From: Thermoplasmata archaeon
GTDB lineage: Archaea > Thermoplasmatota > Thermoplasmata > RBG-16-68-12
Assembly (NCBI GenBank): GCA_035632695.1
Contig: DASQGG010000073.1
Location: forward strand, 1-24,000
DNA length: 24,000 nt
Reading direction: 5' to 3'
The translations under genes and the position numbers were made by a program. The notes below the pieces were generated by a model. It was not told the DNA's origin. It did no database searches and saw only the letters and a list, made by a program, of their open reading frames with translations. This document shows, piece by piece, positions 14,955 through 21,488 of this stretch; the first letter of the stretch is position 1; every line of letters starts with the position of its first letter.

Positions 14955-15425
14955 ATGGTCGAGGTTGGACAGAAGGCCCCCGATTTCACGATGCCTAGCG
15001 ACGAGGGAAAGTCCGTCACGCTCTCCAGGGAGTTGGGCCAGGGCCCCGTGGTCCTGTCCTTCTACGTGTTCGACTTCACGGGCGTGTGCACGGGCCAGCT
15101 CTGCGCGATGCGGGACTCCATGGGCGACCTGCAGGCCCACGGTGCCAAGGTCTTCGGGATCAGCACGGACAGCGCCGCGAGCCACAAGGCCTTCCGGGCC
15201 GCGAACAACGGGAACTACCCGCTGCTCAGCGACTGGAACAAGACCGTGAGCAAGTCGTACGGCGTCCTCTACGACAAACTCGGGGATTACCTGGGGGTCT
15301 CCAAGCGGTCCGTGTTCGTCCTCGACAAGAACGGGGTTGTGCGGTACAAGTGGGTGACGGAGGACGCCAAGGTGCCTCCCGACTCCAAGAAGGTCCTCGA
15401 GGAAGTCAAGAAGCTTGCCAGGTGA
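14955..15425 (+). CDS. bcp: Peroxiredoxin, BCP/PrxQ type
   Basis: MVEVGQKAPDF is followed by FTGVCTGQLC, which carries the peroxidatic Cys and a second Cys five residues later (CxxxxC, as in BCP/PrxQ). The protein has a thioredoxin-fold length of 156 aa. Confidence 0.88.
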   Translation: MVEVGQKAPDFTMPSDEGKSVTLSRELGQGPVVLSFYVFDFTGVCTGQLCAMRDSMGDLQAHGAKVFGISTDSAASHKAFRAANNGNYPLLSDWNKTVSKSYGVLYDKLGDYLGVSKRSVFVLDKNGVVRYKWVTEDAKVPPDSKKVLEEVKKLAR

Positions 15426-16623
15426 GACCCAGCGTCTCGGCGGCTTCCTGGGCCGTGGCCACGGTCGGGATTTGAGGCATCGGCTCATCCGATCCGCGCG
15501 CCGATCCCGTGTTCACCAGGACGACGCGATCCTTGGACGTGATCACGCCTTCATCGTGGAGTCGGCGGAGTCCCGCGAGCGTCGCGGCACCTTCGAGACA
15601 CGCCGACACGCCCTCCAGGACTGCTAGGTTCACGGCGGCCAGGGTCATCGCCTCCTCGGTCACCGTCACGCCAACGCCGTTCGTGTCCCGGATCGCGCGA
15701 AGGACGAGTCGGTCCGCGAGGGTCGCGGGAACGCGAAGCCCGGCGGCCCGCGTTTTCGGGTCCGACCACGGCTCTGCGGACTCCTTGCCCTGTCTCCAGG
15801 CCCTCACGAGCGGTGCGCATCCCTCGGTTTGCACGACTCCGAGGCGAGGCCACGGGCCCTCGTACCAGCCCAGCTCGCGGAGTTCCTGGAGCGCTTTCCA
15901 GATCCCGGCGATCCCCGTGCCGCCTCCCGTGGGGAAGAGGATCCAGTCGGGCATCCCGCCCAGGTCCTCCCAGATCTCATAGAGTATCGTCTTCTTGCCC
16001 TCCACGCGATAGGGCTCCCGCAGGGTCGCGAGGTTGAAGGCTCCTGTCGCGGTCGCGACCTCCTGGGCGAGGCGTCCCGCCCGCGTAATGTCCCCGGAGA
16101 CGCAGGCCACCTTCGCCCCGTGACCCACGGCATCCCGGACCGCCTCCGGGGGCGCGTCGGGTGTCGTGAGCACGGTCGCCTCGAGCCCGTAGGTTGCCGC
16201 ATACAGGGCGAGGGCCGCTCCCGCGTTGCCCGCGGTGGGGGCGACCACGCGCTCCGCCCCGAGGGACATGGCCATAGGAACCGCAACCGCCATCCCGCGC
16301 GCCTTGAAGGTGTTCGTGGGATTGCATCCCTCGTCCTTCACGTAGAGCGCGCCGACCTTGAGGCGGGCGACCCGTCCGCCCGAGCCAATCCTTTCGAGTC
16401 GGACCAACGGAGTACCGCCCTCGCCGCGCGACCGGACCTCGCGGCCCGCGAGGGGCAGCAGCGGAGCGTAGCGCCAGAGATCCCTCCGGGGCGTGAGGTC
16501 CTTCCGGTCCACCGCGGCGAGGTCGTACCTCGCGAAGAGCGGCGCGCCGCAGTCGCAGAGGTTCCGGAGGCGGACCTCGAAGCGTTTCGCGCACGCGGTG
16601 CACTCGAGGCGGTCCGGCCCCAC
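15406..16623 (-). CDS. thrC: Threonine synthase family PLP enzyme with an N-terminal zinc ribbon
   Basis: The layout matches archaeal ThrC. It has a zinc ribbon (ECTAC...CDCG), then WRYAPLLPL and GGTPL, the PLP-lysine motif NPTNTFKARG (Ala where ThrC usually has Asp) and REPYRVEGKKT. I prefer GTG 16623, because the ATGs at 16752 and 16764 would overlap the divergent larE start and its shared TATA box. I cannot exclude a ThrC-like paralogue function such as cysteate synthase. Confidence 0.8.
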   Translation of the reverse strand: MGPDRLECTACAKRFEVRLRNLCDCGAPLFARYDLAAVDRKDLTPRRDLWRYAPLLPLAGREVRSRGEGGTPLVRLERIGSGGRVARLKVGALYVKDEGCNPTNTFKARGMAVAVPMAMSLGAERVVAPTAGNAGAALALYAATYGLEATVLTTPDAPPEAVRDAVGHGAKVACVSGDITRAGRLAQEVATATGAFNLATLREPYRVEGKKTILYEIWEDLGGMPDWILFPTGGGTGIAGIWKALQELRELGWYEGPWPRLGVVQTEGCAPLVRAWRQGKESAEPWSDPKTRAAGLRVPATLADRLVLRAIRDTNGVGVTVTEEAMTLAAVNLAVLEGVSACLEGAATLAGLRRLHDEGVITSKDRVVLVNTGSARGSDEPMPQIPTVATAQEAAETLGLTWQAS

Positions 16624-16668
16624 GCATGGGGGATGCCGACTCGTCCCATGACCATTTGCCCGTGCGCA

Positions 16669-16683
16669 GGGTTTTATCTCGGC
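16669..16683. promoter_or_regulatory. Shared AT-rich box between divergent thrC-like and larE genes
   Basis: GGGTTTTATCTCGGC lies about 27 nt (centre) upstream of the larE ATG at 16703, which suggests a leaderless mRNA. It lies about 52 nt upstream of the thrC GTG at 16623 on the minus strand. Confidence 0.45.
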
Positions 16684-16702
16684 GGGCGCTTTGGACCACT
16701 CG

Positions 16703-17527
16703 ATGGGCGCAATGGCCTCGAGCGTCGATCTCGACCGGGCGTACCGGGCCATGGTCGACGCCATGCGGGCGCGCGGAAGAATCCTGGTCGCCTTCTCCGG
16801 AGGCGTGGACAGCGGCCTCGTGGCCCGCGTGGCCTGGGATGCCCTCGGGCCCGACGCGATCGCGGTCCTCGCGGACGCGGAATCGCTCTCCCGTCACGAG
16901 CTCGACGAGGCGGTCGCGGAGGCGCGGGAGATCGGGATTCCCCTCCGGATCCTCCGGATGTCCGAGCTCATGAGCGAAGCCTACGTCGCGAACCCGACGA
17001 ACCGATGCTACTTCTGCCGCAAGGAGCTGGGCCGCAACCTCCGCCCTCTCGCGGACGAGCTCGGGTTCCGGGTGATCGCGGACGGAGTCAACCTCTCGGA
17101 TCTCGGCGACTACCGACCCGGAATCCAGGCCATGAACGAGGAGGGGTTCTGGCATCCCTTGGTCGACCTCGGGCTGGGGAAGGCCGAGGTCCGCGCCCTG
17201 GCGAAGGAACTCGGGCTCAGCTTCGCCGGGAAGCCCAGCAACGCCTGCCTCTCGTCACGAATCGCCTATGGGGAGGTCATCACCGTGGAGAAGCTTCAGC
17301 GGGTGGACGCGGCAGAACAGGCCCTCCGGCGCCTCGGTTTTCCCGTGGTCCGGGTGCGGGCCCATGAGGGCATCGCGCGGATCGAGGTTCCCCGGGAGGA
17401 CATCCCTCGCCTCACGTCCCCGGACATGTCGGAGAAGGCGCTGCGGGCCGTGCGGGACGCGGGCTTCGTCTACGTGACCGTGGACCTCCGCGGATACCGG
17501 AGCGGCTCAATGAACGAGGGGCTCTAG
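16703..17527 (+). CDS. larE: LarE-family PP-loop ATP-dependent sulfur transferase (COG1606)
   Basis: It has the PP-loop SGGVDS, and PSNACLSSRIAYG aligns with the catalytic-Cys segment of Lactobacillus LarE. VRVRAHEGIARIEVP and YVTVDLRGYRSGSMN also match LarE. An extra CYFC pair gives three conserved Cys. The start is ATG 16703 or 16712. Confidence 0.85.
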   Translation: MGAMASSVDLDRAYRAMVDAMRARGRILVAFSGGVDSGLVARVAWDALGPDAIAVLADAESLSRHELDEAVAEAREIGIPLRILRMSELMSEAYVANPTNRCYFCRKELGRNLRPLADELGFRVIADGVNLSDLGDYRPGIQAMNEEGFWHPLVDLGLGKAEVRALAKELGLSFAGKPSNACLSSRIAYGEVITVEKLQRVDAAEQALRRLGFPVVRVRAHEGIARIEVPREDIPRLTSPDMSEKALRAVRDAGFVYVTVDLRGYRSGSMNEGL

Positions 17528-17967
17528 CGCTTGGCGACCAGGTGCTTGCAGTGGAGCCTCGACAGGTCGTAGCAGTCGGGGCACGTCGCGGGCCAGTCGA
17601 TCTGCTTCTGCAGCCGCCGCGTGGTGTCCTCGCTCAGCACGTGCTCCATCTCGCAGGCCTCGTCGTGGTACTTTCCCTCGGGGACGCCGAGGTGGACCAG
17701 GAAATACTCCATCGTGCAGTGCCGCCGTAGGATCTTCTGCGCGATGTCCCGTCCCTTCTTGGTCAACGACGCTCCCTGGTACTTCGCGTACTTGACGAGT
17801 TTCTCCTTCTGGAGCCGCTCGAGCATTTCCGTCACGCTCGAGGGCGCCACCTTCAGGTAGTGGGAGATCTCGCCCGTCCGGGCCGCTCCGTGGTTCTGCT
17901 GCGAGAGCAGGAAGATGTACTTCAGGTACATTTCCACGTTCTCGGTCAGCTCGAGTGCCTTCGCCAT
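17524..17967 (-). CDS. DtxR/IdeR-family metal-dependent transcriptional repressor (short form with a Cys/His C-terminal tail)
   Basis: It has a winged-HTH N-domain (EMYLKYIFLL...TGEISHYLKVAPSSVTEMLERL). The metal-site pattern is HCTME...HDEACEMEH, where the HxxxCxxEH part matches DtxR H98/C102/E105/H106. The tail reads CPDCYDLSRLHCKH. Confidence 0.88.
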   Translation of the reverse strand: MAKALELTENVEMYLKYIFLLSQQNHGAARTGEISHYLKVAPSSVTEMLERLQKEKLVKYAKYQGASLTKKGRDIAQKILRRHCTMEYFLVHLGVPEGKYHDEACEMEHVLSEDTTRRLQKQIDWPATCPDCYDLSRLHCKHLVAKR

Positions 17968-17994
17968 GGTTTCGGCGCTCCAAAACGCGCGAAC

Positions 17995-18008
17995 CCTCCA
18001 TAAAGCCT
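17995..18008 (-). promoter_or_regulatory. Putative TATA for dtxR
   Basis: The minus strand reads AGGCTTTATGGAGG, centred about 35 nt upstream of ATG 17967. Confidence 0.4.
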
Positions 18009-18081
18009 ATAGCCGCATCGGCGGAAGGATATGTACTGTACTTGCGGCAGGCTTAGCCCGATGCCTGCGCGGCCCGAGAAT

Positions 18082-18129
18082 TTAGGTTGGTTCGGAAACG
18101 GTTTTGGACGACCTAACGGTTATATATTA
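18082..18129 (+). promoter_or_regulatory. FTR1 promoter: iron-box-like half sites (TTAGGTTGG 18082-18090; ACCTAA 18111-18116) abutting a strong TATA box (TTATATATTA 18120-18129)
   Basis: The TATA box is the most AT-rich 10-mer I saw in the window and lies about 40 nt upstream of GTG 18166. The half sites match the outer arms of the DtxR/IdeR consensus TTAGGTTAGSCTAACCTAA, but they are 20 nt apart. Confidence 0.45.
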
Positions 18130-18165
18130 CAGCGTTATAGAGCCGGGCCATCGGGGACGTGCGGC

Positions 18166-19071
18166 GTGGCGACTGCGGGTATCGCACCGGGAGTGATCAT
18201 CGGTCTCCGCGAGGGCGTGGAGGCCGCGCTCGTCGTGGGGATCATCCTTGGATACCTCGTCAAGATCGGCCGCCCGGGCCTGCGACGCTACGTGTACGGC
18301 GGCACCGCGGCCGCTTTCGCCGCGAGCGCGGGCCTCGCGGGCGGACTGTTCCTCCTCGGCGCGGAGTTTGAAGGGAACGCGGAGTCCGCGTTTGAGGGCA
18401 CCGCCCTGGTCCTCGCCGTGATCGTCCTCACTTCCATGGTGTTCTGGATGATGAAGGCGTCCAAGAGCATCTCCCAACATGTCCAGAAGCGAATCGATTC
18501 CTACTTGGACGGAAGCCAACTGCTCGGCCTCGTCGCCCTCTCCTTCCTCGTGGTCTTCCGCGAAGGCGTGGAGACGGCCCTCCTCATGTTCGGTGCGGGG
18601 GCCGAGACCTCCGCAGCGGACGCCACGATCGGCGTGGGGCTTGGCCTCCTCATCGCCGGCGTCCTCGGCGTCGGCATCATGCGCCTGTCGTGGCGCATCC
18701 CGCTCCATCGGTTCTTCCAGATCACGGGCATCGCCCTCGTCGTGATCGGAGCCGGTCTGTTTGCGACCGGGGTCCACGAGTACCAGGCGGCGTTCGGCTG
18801 GACGTTCGGCAACGGCCTCGTGTACGACCTGCGCGGCGTGTTCTCGGCCGGGCCCGAGAACCCCTTGGGCTACCTACTCCGCGGCATCGTCGGGTACAGC
18901 GACGCGCCGACCATTCTGGAATCGATGGCCTACGCCGCCTATTGGAGCTTCACCGCAATCGTCTTCCTGGGAATCCGGAGCGGGAAGGTCTCCGTGGTGG
19001 TCGAGCCGTTCCGCAGGTTCTGGCGTTCCCTCGTTTCGCGCGACAAGACCGTCGCGGGAGAGACCCCATAA
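18166..19071 (+). CDS. FTR1/EfeU-family high-affinity iron permease
   Basis: Two REGxE motifs (REGVEA, REGVET) sit in TM helices, and there are about 7 hydrophobic spans. I prefer GTG 18166 (VATAGIAPGVIIGLREG, with GGGGA 8 nt upstream) because the ATGs at 18031 and 18061 lie upstream of the TATA box and encode non-membrane junk. Confidence 0.85.
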   Translation: MATAGIAPGVIIGLREGVEAALVVGIILGYLVKIGRPGLRRYVYGGTAAAFAASAGLAGGLFLLGAEFEGNAESAFEGTALVLAVIVLTSMVFWMMKASKSISQHVQKRIDSYLDGSQLLGLVALSFLVVFREGVETALLMFGAGAETSAADATIGVGLGLLIAGVLGVGIMRLSWRIPLHRFFQITGIALVVIGAGLFATGVHEYQAAFGWTFGNGLVYDLRGVFSAGPENPLGYLLRGIVGYSDAPTILESMAYAAYWSFTAIVFLGIRSGKVSVVVEPFRRFWRSLVSRDKTVAGETP

Positions 19072-19142
19072 GCGCTCCGCTGCCCAACAGCCTCCAGCGG
19101 TGAACGGGCGCGCCGGGATCCGCGCGATTGTGCGTGTTCGGC

Positions 19143-19568
19143 TCACGGGTTGATCTTGATGGCCTTCGTCGGGCAGGCCGTCTCGCACGCCATGCAGTCG
19201 ATGCAGTCCGACTCCCGGATTGGTTCCGACTTGTCCGTGCGGTATTGGTTGTACTCGTCGCTGCCCTTCTCCATGACCTTGTCGTTCCCCGTGCCCTTCT
19301 TGCCCGGGGCGAACTGCCACTCGAACACGTCGACGGGGCAGACGTCCATGCAGACGCCGTCCGCCACGCAGGCTTCCCAGTCCACCGCGACGTGGATCCC
19401 GTGGATCCCCAGCTTCGTCGGGTAGGGAGCCCCGTTGGCGTCCATCCGCTGGACACCCTCGCCGAGGACCTTGTGGTTGTTGTGGGTGCCCGTCTCCGGG
19501 TACTCGTCGGGCTTGTTCATGAAGTCCGGGTCGATCGGCTTGGGTGCGTAGTCCACCTCGCGCGTCAT
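19143..19568 (-). CDS. Zinc-containing dicluster ferredoxin ([3Fe-4S][4Fe-4S], Sulfolobus/Thermoplasma type)
   Basis: CVADGVCMDVCP (CxxDxxCxxxCP) and CIDCMACETACP (CxxCxxCxxxCP) are the two cluster motifs. The N-terminal extension carries HNNH...LGIHG, which aligns with the zinc-ligand His residues of Sulfolobus ferredoxin. GGAGG lies 8 nt before the ATG. Confidence 0.9.
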   Translation of the reverse strand: MTREVDYAPKPIDPDFMNKPDEYPETGTHNNHKVLGEGVQRMDANGAPYPTKLGIHGIHVAVDWEACVADGVCMDVCPVDVFEWQFAPGKKGTGNDKVMEKGSDEYNQYRTDKSEPIRESDCIDCMACETACPTKAIKINP

Positions 19569-19591
19569 CTGGCTGCCTCCAAACGATGTGA

Positions 19592-19615
19592 GGCCCGGTC
19601 CTTCGGGGGGCCGGG
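19592..19615 (-). promoter_or_regulatory. GC-rich hairpin in the ferredoxin 5' leader
   Basis: GCCCGG (19592-19597) pairs with CCGGGC (19610-19615), with an inner CC/GG pair around a TTCG (minus strand CGAA) loop. The hairpin lies 24-47 nt upstream of ATG 19568 and immediately 5' of the SD. Confidence 0.3.
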
Positions 19616-19735
19616 CGGCTTTGGAATACGCCTTCCCCTTTTGAGGATTCCGGTATTACTCCGCGAAATCTCTCCGGCCGCGCGCTGATACGCGTTGGCA
19701 CCGCACGGACGGCGAGCGCGACGACGAACTCGGCG

Positions 19736-19747
19736 AAACCTATTTCC
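19736..19747 (+). promoter_or_regulatory. Putative TATA/BRE for the Cys/Met PLP enzyme gene
   Basis: AAACCTATTTCC is centred about 28 nt upstream of ATG 19770, which is leaderless geometry. Confidence 0.4.
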
Positions 19748-19769
19748 CAGGACGGGCGCTCGCAGACGC

Positions 19770-20954
19770 ATGCCTCGCAGAGAACGGGGGACGGCCACGC
19801 GTTCGATTCACGGTCGGCGGGGCAAGGGGTACCGTCCCCTCGTCACCCCGATCTACGCGAGTTCGACATGGGCGCTGGATTCCGTGCGCCAAGGCGCGGA
19901 GTTCTCCCGCGCGACCGCCCCCGAAGGTTTCTACACGCGATGGGGCAACCCGACCCTCCGCGAGCTCGAGGACGTCCTCGCGGATCTGGAAGGCGGATCG
20001 CGGGCCCTCGTGGCAGGGTCCGGGATGGGAGCGATCGCCTCCGCAATTCTCTCCTGCGTGGGCGCCGGCGACCACGTTGTGGCCGGCGCGAGCCTGTACA
20101 CCGCTACGACGGAGATCTTCACGCGGATGCTCCCTCGGTTCCACGTCCGCACCACGTTCGTGGATCCGCGCATCCCCGGTGCGTGGGAGGAAGCCGTGAC
20201 ACCGGAGTCGCGCCTCCTCTACATTGAGAGCCCCGCGAACCCGACGATGATGATCACGGATTTCCGCGAGGCGGTGAACGCCGCGCACTCCGTCGGCGCA
20301 ACGGTCCTCGCGGACAACACGTTCGCGACGCCGATCAACCAGCGGCCTCTCGGCATGGGCGTGGACGGCGTGTTGCACAGCGCGACCAAGTATCTGGGCG
20401 GCCACAGCGACGTCGTGGCCGGTGCCTTCGTCGCCCGCACGCCTCGGCTGTACGAGCGCGTCTGGTTCAACTACAAAATGCTCGGCCCTTCTCTAGGTCC
20501 GTTCGAAGGATTCCTCGTGCGGCGAGGGGTGAAGTCCCTTCCCCTTCGGATGCGCCAGCACAACGCGAATGCGCAGGTGCTCGCGGAGTTCCTGGACGAC
20601 CACCCGGCCGTGCGGGTGGTCCACTATCCCGGGCTCCGCTCGTTCCCCCAGCACGCCCTCGCGCGCAGGCAGATGGACGGCTTCGGGGCCATGATGAGCT
20701 TCGAGCTCAAGGGAGGTTATCGCGCAGGGAAGCGGTTCGTCGAATCCGTCCGGGTGGCCACGCTGGCCGTGAGCCTTGGCGGTATGGAGACGCTCGTGCA
20801 GCATCCCGCGTCCATGACCCATGGTCCGCTTACGGACGAGGAGCGGAAGACGAGCGGGATCACGGAGGGTCTCGTCCGTGTTAGCGTCGGGCTCGAGGAC
20901 GCGGACGATCTCCTCGAGGATTTCGGGCAGGCGGTCAAGGCCGCCTCGCGCTGA
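19770..20954 (+). CDS. Cys/Met-metabolism PLP-dependent enzyme (cystathionine gamma-synthase, cystathionine beta-lyase or methionine gamma-lyase family)
   Basis: It has the motifs PIYASSTW, WGNPT, YIESPANPT and the PLP-lysine motif SATKYLGGHSD, plus the C-terminal LVRVSVGLED. ATG 19770 is preferred over the Arg-rich upstream extension. Confidence 0.9.
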   Translation: MPRRERGTATRSIHGRRGKGYRPLVTPIYASSTWALDSVRQGAEFSRATAPEGFYTRWGNPTLRELEDVLADLEGGSRALVAGSGMGAIASAILSCVGAGDHVVAGASLYTATTEIFTRMLPRFHVRTTFVDPRIPGAWEEAVTPESRLLYIESPANPTMMITDFREAVNAAHSVGATVLADNTFATPINQRPLGMGVDGVLHSATKYLGGHSDVVAGAFVARTPRLYERVWFNYKMLGPSLGPFEGFLVRRGVKSLPLRMRQHNANAQVLAEFLDDHPAVRVVHYPGLRSFPQHALARRQMDGFGAMMSFELKGGYRAGKRFVESVRVATLAVSLGGMETLVQHPASMTHGPLTDEERKTSGITEGLVRVSVGLEDADDLLEDFGQAVKAASR

Positions 20955-20967
20955 ATCGGAGCGCCGG

Positions 20968-21414
20968 TTACCTGAGGACACCTTCGAGACGGAGGAGCCG
21001 CTTCTTGTGCTCCAGGCCTCCCGTGAATCCTCCGAGGCTGTCGGAGCCCACCACGCGGTGGCAGGGTATGACCGCGACGATCGGGTTCTTCCCGAGCGCT
21101 TGGCCCACCGCTCGCTGTGCATTCGGTTGACCGATCGCCTTGGCAACCTGGCCGTACGTGGCGACTTTGCCGAACGGAATCCTCCGGGTGGCCTCGTACA
21201 CGCGGCGCTCGAACGGCGTGGAATCGGTCAGGTCCACGGGGATGTTGCGGAGGTCCCTCCGCGTCCCGTCGAAGTACTCCCGGATCTCCTTCTCGATGCG
21301 GGTTCCGCCGCCCGAGGTCGCTCGCGCCCGGGTGAATCCGAGTTCCCGCAGGCGTCCATGGTCGGTTACGATCTTCACATTGCCCAACTGGGTGGCGAGG
21401 ACATGTTGTTCCAC
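20968..21414 (-). CDS. ogt: Methylated-DNA--protein-cysteine methyltransferase
   Basis: It has the active site IPCHRVV, a helix-turn-helix segment (TYGQVAKAIG) and NPIVAVIP. I prefer GTG 21414, because the ATG at 21630 would overlap the upstream gene by about 140 nt in another frame. Confidence 0.85.
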   Translation of the reverse strand: MEQHVLATQLGNVKIVTDHGRLRELGFTRARATSGGGTRIEKEIREYFDGTRRDLRNIPVDLTDSTPFERRVYEATRRIPFGKVATYGQVAKAIGQPNAQRAVGQALGKNPIVAVIPCHRVVGSDSLGGFTGGLEHKKRLLRLEGVLR

Positions 21415-21488
21415 GGTCGCACCGTGGCCGGGAAGCGGGCGCGTCGCTATGGTCTTTGTCCCTGCGTTTGCGGGGTCGCGGGAGACGA

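Noticed and set aside
15829-17367. A 512-aa plus-strand ORF and a 392-aa minus-strand ORF spanning the thrC/larE region.
   Set aside because: They cross the boundary of two well-supported genes in wrong frames and have an Arg/Pro/Gly-rich composition, so they are artefacts.
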